A stretch of DNA of 64,000 bases, taken from the NCBI RefSeq assembly GCF_023228465.1, contig NZ_JALOBC010000006.1; one strand, written 5' to 3'. The position numbers and the translations under genes are program-made. Shown here one piece after another: positions 1 through 10,717 of the stretch. Position 1 is the first letter of the stretch, and each line of letters opens with the position of its first letter. Origin of the DNA: Dokdonella sp. (GTDB lineage: Bacteria > Pseudomonadota > Gammaproteobacteria > Xanthomonadales > Rhodanobacteraceae). A model generated the notes under the pieces. It made no database searches. It had not been told where the DNA came from and saw nothing but the letters and a program-made list of their open reading frames with translations.

Positions 1-319
1 CGAGCACGGCGCCGACCAGGCGCGGCTCGAACGCGCTGAAGAAGTGCATCGCCTCGCGGGCCGTCTCGCGCAGCCGGCGCAGCACGGTGACGCGCTGCGC
101 GCCGCTGAACAGGCGCTGGTGCTCGCGCAGGGCATCGTCGATGGCCTGGTTGGTGGGCAGGCCCTGCGAATCTGGGAAGCCCAGCCGCGCGGCCGCCTTG
201 CGCTTGGCCTGCTGGTAGTCGCGCAGGCCGCTCTCGCTGATCAGCCGCGCCGCCTCGACCGCGATGCGCCGGCGTGCCTCGTCCAGGCGTGCCGGCGCCT
301 GAGTGCTGTGCCGGCCCAC
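1..319 (-). CDS. conserved hypothetical protein, 5' part only (continues past the left edge)
   Basis: The minus-strand frame is open from GTG at 317-319 (one nt after the mrcA stop at 321-323) to the window edge. It translates as ..STQAPARLDEARRRIAVEAARLISESGLRDYQQAKRKAAARLGFPDSQGLPTNQAIDDALREHQRLF..AMHFFSAFEPRLVGAVL with strong G/C third-position bias. It is absent from the ORF track because there is no stop in the window. Function not recognised. Confidence 0.4.
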   Translation of the reverse strand, partial: MGRHSTQAPARLDEARRRIAVEAARLISESGLRDYQQAKRKAAARLGFPDSQGLPTNQAIDDALREHQRLFSGAQRVTVLRRLRETAREAMHFFSAFEPRLVGAVL

Positions 320-320
320 C

Positions 321-2777
321 TCAGAACACGTCGTAGGCTTCATGGCGGTCGCCCTTGCCGGCCTGGTCGGGGGCGGGCTGGGCCGCCAGGCGTGCGGCGT
401 CCTCGCTCTTCATGAGTTCCAGCATGGCGTTCGGATCGCCGGCGCTGGCCAGCAGGCCGGTGGCACGGTCGATGCGCACTCGGGCGATGCCCTCGGGCAT
501 GTCGAAGGGTTGCTCGGGCACGCCCGCCAGGGCCACGCGCATGAAGTCGATCCAGATCGGCAGGGCCGCCTTGGCACCGAACTCGCCGCGCCCCAGCGAG
601 CTGAAGTCGTCGAAGCCCACCCAGCAGCTCACGGCGAGGGCCGGATTGAAACCGGAGAACCAGGCATCGCGGTGGTCATTGGTGGAACCGGTCTTGCCGG
701 CCAGGTCGTTGCGTTCCAGCACCATCGCCGCCCGGCCGGTGCCACGCTTGATCACGTCGCGCATCAGCGAGGTGATCAGGAACGCGTTGCGCGGATCGAG
801 CGTGAGCGGCGCCACGCGCGGCGTGATGCCCGTGTCGGCCTGGGCAGTGCCGATGGGGCTCAGCAGCGCGCTGGTCGCGGTGCGGGTCGGCGCCACATCG
901 ACGACCGGCGCTTGTGGGCAGGTCCTGCACACCACGGTCGGTTGCGCCTGGTAGACCACGTTGCCATCCCGGTCGGCGATGCGGCTGACCAGGTAGGGAT
1001 CGACCAGGTGCCCGCCATTGGCAAACACGGCATAGCCGCGTGCCATGTCCAGCGGCGCTACCGATGCCGTGCCGAGCGCCATGGAAAGGTTCTCCGGCAC
1101 CTGGTCGAGGGTGAGCCCGAAGCGGCTCATGTACTCGCGCGCATAGCGCACGCCGATGGCGTCGAGCAGGCGCACGGAGATCAGGTTCACCGACTTGACC
1201 AGCGCTTCGCGCAGGCGCATCGGCCCCTGGAAGCTGCCGTCGTCGTTCTTGGGCGTCCACAGTCCGTCCGGGCGCGACGGATCGGGGAACTGCACCGGTG
1301 CATCGTTCAGCACCGAGGCGGGCGTGAAGCCGCGCTCGAAGGCGGCCGAGTAGAGAAACGGCTTGAAACCCGAGCCCGGCTGGCGCGCCGCCTGGGTGGA
1401 ACGGTTGAACTTGCTGCGCAGGAAACTGAAGCCGCCGACCATGCTGCGGATGGCCCCGTCGGCCGGATCCACGGCGACCAGCGCGCCCTGCACGAGCGGA
1501 ATCTGCGCCAGCTGCCAGTCGCCTTCGTCATCGCGGGCCAGGCGGACGATGTCGCCGCGCTTGAGTACCTCGCTGGCCCGCCGGGGCGTCGGGCCACGGC
1601 GGTTGTCGTCGATGAAGGGCCGCGCCCAGACCATCGATTCCAGCGTGAGCACCACGTTCTGGCCATCGGCCATGCGCACCACCGCCTCGTCGGCGCCGCC
1701 TTCCACCACGATTCCCGGCGCAAGGCCGCTCAGCGAGCGATAGTCGCCCAGTGCCGCAGCCCAGGCGTCCTCGCCGGCGTCGGGCGGCATTTCGACGTGC
1801 GCTTCCGGCCCCCGCCAACCATGGCGGCGGTCGTAGGCCATCAGGCCGGTACGCACCGCGCGCGTTGCGCCTTCCTGCATCTTCGGGTCGAGCGTGGTCG
1901 TGATGACGTAGCCGTCGGTGAGGGCCTCGTTGCCGAGCCGCTCGATGGCTTCGCGGCGTACCAGCTCGGCGAAGTAGGGCGCCTCCACCTCGATCGGCGG
2001 CTCGTGCGCGCTGGCCAGGTCCGCTTCGGCCATGGCCCGGTCGTAGGCGGCGCGGTCGATGAAGTGGTTGTCCAGCATGCGCCCGAGCACGTAGGCGCGC
2101 CGCTCCAGCGCACGCTGCGGCCGGCTGAGCGGGTTGCCAGTGGACGGGAACTTGGGGATCGAGGCCAGCATCGCGCACTCGGCGAGGCTGAGCTGGTCGA
2201 GCTTCTTGCCGTAGTAGTACTCGGCCGCCGCGGCGATGCCGTAGGAACGGTGGCCGAAGAACGCCTTGTTGAGGTAGAGCTGGAGGATCTCGTCCTTGCT
2301 GAGCGCGCTCTCGATTCGGAACGCAAGGAAGATTTCCGACAGCTTGCGCGTGTAGCTGACTTCCGAGCTGAGAAAGAACAGGCGCGCGACCTGCTGGGTG
2401 ATCGTGCTGCCGCCGGGCACGTGCTTGCTGCCGGTGGCCACGGTCAACCAGACCGCGCGCGCGATGCCCATCATGTCGATGCCGCCATGCGTATAGAAGT
2501 CCGCATCCTCGGCGGCGAGGAAGGCGTTCTTGAGCTGGGTGGGCACGTTCTCGATGCGCACCGGCGTGCGCATGGTTTCGCCGAACATGGCGATCAGGCG
2601 GCCGTCGGCGGACACCACGCGCAGCGGAACCTGCATGCGCACGTCCTTGAGGGTTTCGACCGCGGGCAGGCGCGGGGCCAGCAGCCAGTACGCGGTACCG
2701 AGCGCAACTCCACCCAGCAGCACGCCGGCCAGCGCCAGGTACAGCGCGTAGCGGAGACAACGAAGAACTAGAGGCAT
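321..2777 (-). CDS. mrcA: penicillin-binding protein 1A (bifunctional glycosyltransferase/transpeptidase)
   Basis: GT51 motifs are present (EDADFYTHGGID, RKLSEIFLAFRIE). Transpeptidase motifs are SGFK (SxxK) and KTGSTND. The start was moved to ATG 2777 (MPLVLRCLRYALYLALAG.. membrane anchor); the 72-aa upstream extension in the track is not PBP-like. Confidence 0.93.
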   Translation of the reverse strand: MPLVLRCLRYALYLALAGVLLGGVALGTAYWLLAPRLPAVETLKDVRMQVPLRVVSADGRLIAMFGETMRTPVRIENVPTQLKNAFLAAEDADFYTHGGIDMMGIARAVWLTVATGSKHVPGGSTITQQVARLFFLSSEVSYTRKLSEIFLAFRIESALSKDEILQLYLNKAFFGHRSYGIAAAAEYYYGKKLDQLSLAECAMLASIPKFPSTGNPLSRPQRALERRAYVLGRMLDNHFIDRAAYDRAMAEADLASAHEPPIEVEAPYFAELVRREAIERLGNEALTDGYVITTTLDPKMQEGATRAVRTGLMAYDRRHGWRGPEAHVEMPPDAGEDAWAAALGDYRSLSGLAPGIVVEGGADEAVVRMADGQNVVLTLESMVWARPFIDDNRRGPTPRRASEVLKRGDIVRLARDDEGDWQLAQIPLVQGALVAVDPADGAIRSMVGGFSFLRSKFNRSTQAARQPGSGFKPFLYSAAFERGFTPASVLNDAPVQFPDPSRPDGLWTPKNDDGSFQGPMRLREALVKSVNLISVRLLDAIGVRYAREYMSRFGLTLDQVPENLSMALGTASVAPLDMARGYAVFANGGHLVDPYLVSRIADRDGNVVYQAQPTVVCRTCPQAPVVDVAPTRTATSALLSPIGTAQADTGITPRVAPLTLDPRNAFLITSLMRDVIKRGTGRAAMVLERNDLAGKTGSTNDHRDAWFSGFNPALAVSCWVGFDDFSSLGRGEFGAKAALPIWIDFMRVALAGVPEQPFDMPEGIARVRIDRATGLLASAGDPNAMLELMKSEDAARLAAQPAPDQAGKGDRHEAYDVF

Positions 2778-2980
2778 GCGGCGGGACTTGTGATACCAGT
2801 CATGGTACGCGTGCGGCGGATCGCGGAGTATAGCGCACAGGGGGATCGGGGAAGGCTCGAGGGGTGCGCGTGTTCGGCATGCGCCCGACCGATTTCGGGG
2901 GTCGTGAAGAAAATTTGCGCTGCCTGTTGAAATACCGTTAACTATTGTATTTAATGTAACAGCGCATCTTTCGCTCGTAA

Positions 2981-4062
<1,082 letters not shown>

Positions 4063-4063
<1 letters not shown>

Positions 4064-4725
4064 TGGCCAGGATCAACCTGTTGCCGTGGCGCGCCGAGCG
4101 CCGCAAGCAGCGCCAGCGCGAATTCTTCATGATGCTGGGCGTGACCGCGGCCGCCGCCTTCGCCGTGCTGTTCGCCGCGATCTTCTGGATGAACCATCTG
4201 ATCGATGATCAGAATGGTCGCAACGCCTACCTGCAGGGTCAGATCCAGATCCTCGACAAGCAGATCGCGGAGATCAAGGAACTGGACAAGACCCGCGCGC
4301 GCCTGCTGACGCGCAAGGAGATCATCGAGCAGCTGCAGTCCAACCGCTCGCAGATGGTGCACCTGTTCGACGAGCTGGTGAAGACCATTCCGGATGGCGT
4401 GCGCCTGACCGCCATGAAGCAGGGCGGGGACACGCTGGTGCTGGAAGGTATCGCCGAATCGAACTCGCGCGTGGCCAGCTACATGCGCAACATCGAGGCC
4501 TCGCCCTGGATGGGCCACGCGGACCTGCGCAAGATCGAGAACAAGACCGGCACCCAGGGCGCCGACAAGAAGCTGCCATTCGAGTTCTCGCTCGATGTGA
4601 AGCTGCGCAAGCCCGAGGAAGTGCAGCAGGCGGCCGAAGCCGCGGCGGCGGAGCACTCGGCCCCGGCCGAGAGCGCCCCCGCCCCCGCCCCGACAACGCC
4701 GGCCGACACGGGAGAAGGGAAATGA
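4063..4725 (+). CDS. pilN: type IV pilus inner-membrane alignment protein PilN
   Basis: MARINLLPWRAERRKQRQREFF followed by a TM helix. The ATGA overlap with the pilM stop indicates translational coupling. Confidence 0.93.
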
Positions 4726-5375
4726 GCTTCTTCGACGACCTGCGCAATCTCGACCAGAACAACATTGGCGGCTGGCCCAAGTCGGTCAAGGTCTTCTTTG
4801 CCGCCATCATCGTGGTGCTGATCCTGTTCCTGGGCTGGTACCTCAAGATCAGCAACCAGCAGGACGAGCTCGAAAGCGTGCGCCAGAAGGAGGTCACGCT
4901 GAAGAAGGAGTACTCGGACAAGTGGGCCAAGGCGGTCAACCTCGACGCCTACCGCAAGCAGCTCGACGACATGAAGGAGATGCTGCAGACCATGCTGCGG
5001 CAGTTGCCGAGCAGGACCGAGATGCCCGATCTCCTCAACGACATCACCCAGGCCGCGCTCGCCGCGGGCATCGAAACCCAGCTGTTCCAGCCCGGTGGCG
5101 AGGTGATGAAGGAGTTCTATGCCGAGAAGCCCATCCAGCTCAAGATGCTCGGCTCCTATCACCAGTTCGGCACCTTCATCAGCAACGTCGCCTCGCTTCC
5201 GCGGGTGGTCATCCTGACCATGCACGACGTGTCGCTGCGGCCTTCCGGCACCGCCAAGGCGCCGGGTGCCCAGCTCTCGCTGGAAGGCGTGGTCAAGACC
5301 TACCGCTACCTCGATGACGAGGAAGCGGCCGCACAACCGGCAACCGCGCACGCCGCGGGCAGTGGAGGAAAGTGA
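4722..5375 (+). CDS. pilO: type IV pilus inner-membrane alignment protein PilO
   Basis: Single TM helix followed by coiled-coil and a ferredoxin-like C-terminus. ATGA overlap with pilN. Position in the operon fits. Confidence 0.92.
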   Translation: MSFFDDLRNLDQNNIGGWPKSVKVFFAAIIVVLILFLGWYLKISNQQDELESVRQKEVTLKKEYSDKWAKAVNLDAYRKQLDDMKEMLQTMLRQLPSRTEMPDLLNDITQAALAAGIETQLFQPGGEVMKEFYAEKPIQLKMLGSYHQFGTFISNVASLPRVVILTMHDVSLRPSGTAKAPGAQLSLEGVVKTYRYLDDEEAAAQPATAHAAGSGGK

Positions 5376-5376
5376 G

Positions 5377-5910
5377 ATGCGCAGTTCACTCTCCAGCTTG
5401 CTCCGCCTCGGCCTGCTGCTCGGCCTGCTTGCCCTGCTCGGTGCCTGCACGCCCAGCGAAAGCCCGCAGGAGTGGGTTGCCCAGCAGCAGGCCAAGAAGG
5501 GCGCGCCGCTCGAGCCGCTGCCGGTGATCCGCACCTTCGAGACCTTCCTCTACCAGGACCAGGACCTGCGTGATCCGTTCGGGTTCAGCAACGACGAACA
5601 GGCCGAGGCCAGCGGCGAATCGGGGCCGCGTCCCGACCAGAACCGGCCGCGCGAACCACTCGAAACCTTCCCGCTGGACAGCCTCAAGATGTCCGGCACG
5701 ATCGGGCTCGGCGACAAGGTCGAAGGCCTGGTGCGTGATCCCGACGGGGTCGTGCACCGGGTCAGGGTCGGCGACTACCTGGGCCAGAACTATGGGCGCA
5801 TCACCGCGATCGAGGAAGATCGCATCGAACTCGTCGAGCTGGTCCCGAGTGGCACGGGCGGCTGGATGGAGCGGCCAGCGACGCTGGCGTTGGGCGAATT
5901 GACGCAATGA
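5377..5910 (+). CDS. pilP: type IV pilus lipoprotein PilP
   Basis: ATG at 5377 gives MRSSLSSLLRLGLLLGLLALLGAC (lipobox LGAC). The gene starts 2 nt after the pilO stop. The C-terminal beta-sandwich segment ..VRVGDYLGQNYGRITAIEEDRIELVE.. is typical of PilP. Confidence 0.88.
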   Translation: MRSSLSSLLRLGLLLGLLALLGACTPSESPQEWVAQQQAKKGAPLEPLPVIRTFETFLYQDQDLRDPFGFSNDEQAEASGESGPRPDQNRPREPLETFPLDSLKMSGTIGLGDKVEGLVRDPDGVVHRVRVGDYLGQNYGRITAIEEDRIELVELVPSGTGGWMERPATLALGELTQ

Positions 5911-8189
5911 TTGATTCATCGGGGACGCATCTCATGACCACCACCATCGTTGCAACCTGCGGGCGCCGCCTGGCCGTTCCCGTCACGGGAATGCGCTCCT
6001 GTCTGCTGTGGGCGCTGGTTCTGCTCGGCGGGCTCCTCGGGCCGCAGGCGCATGCCGAGAACGCGCTCAACGACATCAGTTATTCGGCCCTGCCGGGTGG
6101 CAAGGTCGAGGTGACGCTGAAGTTCGCGCAACCGGCGTCGCCGCCGCAGGCCTTTTCCACCGAGGCGCCGCCGAGCATCGCGCTCGACTTCGCCGATACC
6201 CGCAACGCCGTGGCCCGCCGCCACATCGATGTCGGTGCCGGAGCCACCTCGGGCATTTCCGCCATCGAAGCGGCCGGTCGTACGCGCGTGGTGGTGGATC
6301 TGTTCCGGCCGACGACCTATGACACGCGGGTGAGCGGCAACACGGTCGTGGTGACCATCAACAGCGCCAGCGCCAGCACCAGCGGCGTGGCCGCCGCGGC
6401 TGCACAGGCCGATCCGACCAAGGCCGTGCGCAGCGCCGGGCGGGTGGCCGTGAGCAACGTCGATTTCCGTCGCGGCAAGGATGGCCAGGGCCGCGTGGTG
6501 GTGGCCTTCGATGGCCCCGGTGCCGCCGTCAACATGAAGCGCGAGGGAGGCAACATCATCCTCGACATGCCGGGCGTCGGCCTGGCCGCCGGCCAGGGCC
6601 AGCGCCTGGACGTCCTCGACTTCGCCACGCCCGTGCAGAGCATCGAAACCCAGGCGCGCGGCAATGGCGTGCGCATGGTGATCACCGCCAAGCCGCCGTT
6701 CGAGCCGCTCGCCTACCAGACCGGCGACCAGTACGTGCTCGAGGTCGCACCGAAGAAGGACGAACCCCAGCTTGGCGGCAAGAACGCCGAGCCGGTGTAC
6801 AGCGGCAGCCGCGTCACCTTCAACTTCCAGGACATCCCGACCCGTTCGGTGCTGCAGCTCATCGCCGACGTCTCCGATCTCAACATCGTCGTCGCCGACA
6901 GCGTGCAGGGCAACGTCACCCTGCGCCTGGTGAACGTACCCTGGGATCAGGCCCTGGACATCGTCCTGCAGGCCAAGGGCCTGGACCAGCGCACGCGTGG
7001 CAACGTCATCTGGGTCGCGCCGCAGGCCGAGATCGCCTCGCGTGAGCAGGCGCTGGCCGATGCGCGCATGAAGATGGAGGACACCGAACCGCTGATCTCG
7101 GACTTCATCCCCATCAGCTACGGCACGGCCAAGGACATCGCGGCCCTCCTCACCACCGAAATCCAGGCCAACCAGGCCGGCGGCCAGCAGTCCGGCGGCG
7201 CGCAGGCACGCCGCGGCTTCCTCTCCCCGCGCGGCAGCGTCACCTATGACGATCGCACCAACACCCTGCTGGTCAGCGACATCCCCAGCAAGGTGCAGGA
7301 AATCCGCCAGCTGGTCGCCGTGCTCGACAAGCCGGTGCAGCAGGTGCTGATCGAGTCGCGCATCGTCATCGCCACCGACAGCTTCGCGCGCGAACTGGGC
7401 GTCAAGTTCGGCATCAGCGGCGGTTACGAGGACAGCCACGGCAACGTGGTCAGCACCTCGGGCAACCTCAATGCCACCGACACCATGAGCAACGTGGCGA
7501 TGAACAACCGCATGAACACGCCCGGTCGCGGCATGCCCAACACCGCCCCGGGCGCCGTGCCCGGCGGCATCGCCGTGCCGTTGCTGGGCGACCGCCTGAA
7601 CGTGAACATGCCGGTCACCAGCCCGGCCGGCAGTTTCGGCATCGCCATCCTCGGTGCGGACTACCTGCTCGATCTCGAGCTTTCCGCGGCGCAGACCGAA
7701 GGCCGCAGCGAAACCGTGTCCAGCCCGCGCGTGATCACCGCCAACCAGAAGGAAGCGCACATCACGCAAGGCCAGGAAATCGGCTACTCGACCATCCAGG
7801 CCACGCAGGGTGGCTCGCAGCCCACCGTGCAGTTCAAGGATGCCACCCTGGAACTGAAGGTCACGCCGACCATCACCGCCGATGACCGCGTGGTGCTCAA
7901 CCTTGAAGTCAAGAAGGACACCCTGGCCGGCTACTACTCCGGCCCGACCGGCGACATCCCGCTCATCGACAAGCGCCAGGTTGCCTCGCAGGTGCTGGTG
8001 GACAACGGGCAGACGGTCGTCCTCGGCGGCGTGTACGAGGTCACCAAGTCCGACCTGACCAGGAAGGTGCCGTTCCTCGGCGACCTGCCCGTGCTCGGCA
8101 ACCTGTTCAAGAACAAGGCACGCAACGACACCAAGGCCGAGCTGCTGATCTTCGTCACGCCGCGCATCCTCAGCGAGAGCCAGCGATGA
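5907..8189 (+). CDS. pilQ: type IV pilus secretin PilQ (two AMIN domains plus secretin)
   Basis: There are two AMIN-like repeats (..LPGGKVEVTLKF..IALDFADT.. and ..VDFRRGKDGQGRVVVAF..IILDMPGV..), N0/N1 domains, and a C-terminal secretin core (..VVLGGVY..VPFLGDLPVLGNLFK..ELLIFVTPRIL). The start is ambiguous: ATG 5907 overlaps the pilP stop, while ATG 5991 gives a cleaner signal peptide MRSCLLWALVLLGG. Confidence 0.95.
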   Translation: MIDSSGTHLMTTTIVATCGRRLAVPVTGMRSCLLWALVLLGGLLGPQAHAENALNDISYSALPGGKVEVTLKFAQPASPPQAFSTEAPPSIALDFADTRNAVARRHIDVGAGATSGISAIEAAGRTRVVVDLFRPTTYDTRVSGNTVVVTINSASASTSGVAAAAAQADPTKAVRSAGRVAVSNVDFRRGKDGQGRVVVAFDGPGAAVNMKREGGNIILDMPGVGLAAGQGQRLDVLDFATPVQSIETQARGNGVRMVITAKPPFEPLAYQTGDQYVLEVAPKKDEPQLGGKNAEPVYSGSRVTFNFQDIPTRSVLQLIADVSDLNIVVADSVQGNVTLRLVNVPWDQALDIVLQAKGLDQRTRGNVIWVAPQAEIASREQALADARMKMEDTEPLISDFIPISYGTAKDIAALLTTEIQANQAGGQQSGGAQARRGFLSPRGSVTYDDRTNTLLVSDIPSKVQEIRQLVAVLDKPVQQVLIESRIVIATDSFARELGVKFGISGGYEDSHGNVVSTSGNLNATDTMSNVAMNNRMNTPGRGMPNTAPGAVPGGIAVPLLGDRLNVNMPVTSPAGSFGIAILGADYLLDLELSAAQTEGRSETVSSPRVITANQKEAHITQGQEIGYSTIQATQGGSQPTVQFKDATLELKVTPTITADDRVVLNLEVKKDTLAGYYSGPTGDIPLIDKRQVASQVLVDNGQTVVLGGVYEVTKSDLTRKVPFLGDLPVLGNLFKNKARNDTKAELLIFVTPRILSESQR

Positions 8190-8251
8190 GCGCGCCGCGA
8201 TCCGGTGGTACCACCCGAGCACACATGAATACCGATTTCTGGAGAGAACCC

Positions 8252-10522
8252 ATGAAGTTTTCCGGCAAGATCCTCGGGCTGCTCCTCGCCAGCCTCGCCC
8301 TGGCCAGCTGCGGCGGTGGCGGCGGCGATGGCGGCTCGTTCTCACCGCCGCAGAACAGCAAGATCGAACTCGTGGCCACCACCACCACGCTGCCGGTCAA
8401 CGTCTGGGGTTACGAGCCGATCCAGTACGGCAACCCGACCCAGGCGGAAGTCACCATGACCTGGCGCAATCCGGACGGTTCGCTGGTCAATGGCCAGGAC
8501 ATCCATGTCTCGATCGCGCCAACCAACGTGGCGGTGCTGTCCTGCCTCGTCGATGGCGACGCATGCACCGACGGCAACGCGCTGTTCGGCTCGATGGTGG
8601 TCAAGGGCACCAACGGCCGCGCGACCATCTTCGTCAACTCCTTCACCACCGCCGGCACGGCGACGTTCACCGCCACCGGCACCGATCCCAACACCAACCG
8701 CTCGGTCAGCGCCACGCTGACCTTCAAGGTCGTTACCGGCGTGGGCACCCAGCCTGCCACGATCAACCTTTCGGCCAATCCGGGCAACGTCTACCTGCCA
8801 GGCGCCGGTGCGGCCAGCAGTTCGACCATTTCCGCCCAGGTGTTGGACGGCGGTGGACAGCTGGTGCCTGATCCGGCCACCGGCAATGCGGGTTTCGACA
8901 ACATCCAGTTCGAAGTCGTCGGCGGCGCCGGTCGCGGCACGCTCTCGACCAACTCGGTGGCGGGCAACGTCAGCGGCGCAGTGGTGAATTCGCACACCGT
9001 GCACGGCATCGCCAATGCCACCTTCACCCCGGGCACCGAACAGGGGCCGGTGCAGATCAAGGCCACCTCGGACCGCTCGGACGGCAACGTCACCAACGGC
9101 ATCAGCGATCCGGTGTCCTCGACCATCACCGTGGTCGTGTCCGACGGCGAGCTCTACAGCCTGGTGATTACCTCGCCGACCACCAACGACATCACGGTCA
9201 ATCCGCTGTCTGACAACATTTCCACGGACGTCGTTCCGCCCGATCCGGATGGCAGCTACAGCCTTACCGTGAGCGCCCTCGCCACCGATCGCCAGGGCAA
9301 CCCGGTGCCGCCGGGCACGGTGATCGAGTTCGGCGTCGTGGATGCGCCGATGGCCGGCTTCCCCGACCGTGGCTCCGGCGATTTCCTGATCGCCGGCAAT
9401 GACGGCAACCCGAAGGAAGGCGGCACCCTGTTTACCGCGCCGAACGGTCGTTTCCGCAGCGCCGGAGGCGGCGCCGGTCCCGGCGACACCCTGCTGGTGT
9501 TCGGCCAGGCGGTGATCGGCAACGCCGATCTGGAGTCCGCGCGCCGCGTGGCCACGGTCAACAGCGAAACCAGCCTCAACGTCAGCTATCCGTTCAACCC
9601 GAACGACACCACGGGCCAATCGGTGGATTACGGCGCGGTACTGCCCTACGTGATCGGCCGTGCCCATGAGGGCAACATCGGCTCCACGGGCACGACCGAC
9701 GCCAATGGCGTGGCCCGCACCACGCTCAACTACCCCGTGTCCCGCCTGGGCAAGGGCGCGCTCATCTGGGCACGCGGCGCAGGCGCGCCGGTCAATGGCA
9801 CGCCACGCCTGATCACCGACATTTCCGGTGGTGGTTTCGCGGGCGTTGCTCCCGGTGTATTGGTTGTGAACCAGACGCCGTTGCCGGGCAACACCACGGT
9901 AATGGTGCAGGTATGTCTGTATGACGCGCTGGGCGCTCCGATCCAGGGCGCCGGCATCGGCTTCGGCTTTACCAACCTGGGGCTGGGACAGGGCAGCATC
10001 GACTCAATTGCAACGGCCGGCCAATTTGCGCATCCGACGGGCCAGTCTGGTTGCGTACTTGGGGAAATGGAAACCAGTGGGCTGAGCGGCGATGGCGAAG
10101 AACCGTTGGTTACCTTTACGGCCGGTCCGCGCGTTCCAGCGTTGCCGGTGCCGATCGCGGTCGGCGGATCGTTGATTCTGCAGGCAAGTCCGTCGACGGT
10201 GACCGCCAATGGCCAGACCGTTACGCTTCACTTGACAGATTCCAGCGGTCACGGTGTGGCAGGTGCGCAGTTGTCTGGTTCGTGTACCGGTGGTGCCGGA
10301 CTGATCGGCGTGCTCGGTACCACGAACGCCAACGGTGATGCCACGATCAAGGTGTCGACCGCGGGCATCGCGCCGGTCTGCCCAGGCACCGACGCGAACA
10401 CCGGTAGCTGCACGTTCCAGACCGGCCTGCAAGGTGGCCCGACCGCGACGATTACGGTGGTTGGTGAAATCATCGCCGCGCTGAGTCCGCCTGATCCACG
10501 TTGCGAGGAACCGACTCCGTGA
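8252..10522 (+). CDS. large lipoprotein with multiple bacterial Ig-like (Big_1/invasin-type) repeats
   Basis: ATG 8252 is preceded by GGAGAGA. The signal plus lipobox is MKFSGKILGLLLASLALASC followed by a Gly linker. Recurring units resemble ..ATLTF/ATFTP..G.A.V..T.. (e.g. GTATFTATGTD, GIANATFTPGTEQGPVQIKATSD, NGVARTTLNYP, NGDATIKVST). It lies 63 nt after the pilQ stop on the same strand. Confidence 0.75.
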   Translation: MKFSGKILGLLLASLALASCGGGGGDGGSFSPPQNSKIELVATTTTLPVNVWGYEPIQYGNPTQAEVTMTWRNPDGSLVNGQDIHVSIAPTNVAVLSCLVDGDACTDGNALFGSMVVKGTNGRATIFVNSFTTAGTATFTATGTDPNTNRSVSATLTFKVVTGVGTQPATINLSANPGNVYLPGAGAASSSTISAQVLDGGGQLVPDPATGNAGFDNIQFEVVGGAGRGTLSTNSVAGNVSGAVVNSHTVHGIANATFTPGTEQGPVQIKATSDRSDGNVTNGISDPVSSTITVVVSDGELYSLVITSPTTNDITVNPLSDNISTDVVPPDPDGSYSLTVSALATDRQGNPVPPGTVIEFGVVDAPMAGFPDRGSGDFLIAGNDGNPKEGGTLFTAPNGRFRSAGGGAGPGDTLLVFGQAVIGNADLESARRVATVNSETSLNVSYPFNPNDTTGQSVDYGAVLPYVIGRAHEGNIGSTGTTDANGVARTTLNYPVSRLGKGALIWARGAGAPVNGTPRLITDISGGGFAGVAPGVLVVNQTPLPGNTTVMVQVCLYDALGAPIQGAGIGFGFTNLGLGQGSIDSIATAGQFAHPTGQSGCVLGEMETSGLSGDGEEPLVTFTAGPRVPALPVPIAVGGSLILQASPSTVTANGQTVTLHLTDSSGHGVAGAQLSGSCTGGAGLIGVLGTTNANGDATIKVSTAGIAPVCPGTDANTGSCTFQTGLQGGPTATITVVGEIIAALSPPDPRCEEPTP

Positions 10523-10630
10523 TGCATGCGCGCGTGCGAATCACTGCCGCGCTGGCACGCCAGCGCGGCTCAAGAAGCAGTTCATTGAATTCGTACCGTT
10601 GCTGACGCAGCTGTCATACTGAAGGCGCGA

Positions 10631-10659
10631 AGGGGTCGCAGCAATGCGGCCCCTTTTTT
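10631..10659 (+). terminator. intrinsic terminator after the Ig-like lipoprotein gene
   Basis: Stem ggggtcgc (10632-10639), loop agcaat, stem gcggcccc (10646-10653), followed by TTTTTT (10654-10659). A separate perfect 10-bp hairpin gccgcgctgg/ccagcgcggc lies at 10546-10569. Confidence 0.65.
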
Positions 10660-10717
10660 GCGCTACGATCCGCGTCGGGGATCGGCTGGACCGGATGGGC
10701 ACCGCGGGGAGATCGCT

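Noticed and set aside
303-2771. 822-aa plus-strand ORF antisense to mrcA. Similar giant ORFs occur at 5916-8345(-), 15501-17348(-), 32952-35666(-), 42691-45051(-), 48344-51613(-), 48397-51384(+), 51267-54725(-) and 59373-61742(-).
   Set aside because: These are typical high-GC shadow ORFs. Their translations are Arg/Ala/Gly/Pro-rich low-complexity sequences with no motifs. In every case the opposite strand or another frame encodes a protein with clear family signatures and proper G/C third-position bias.
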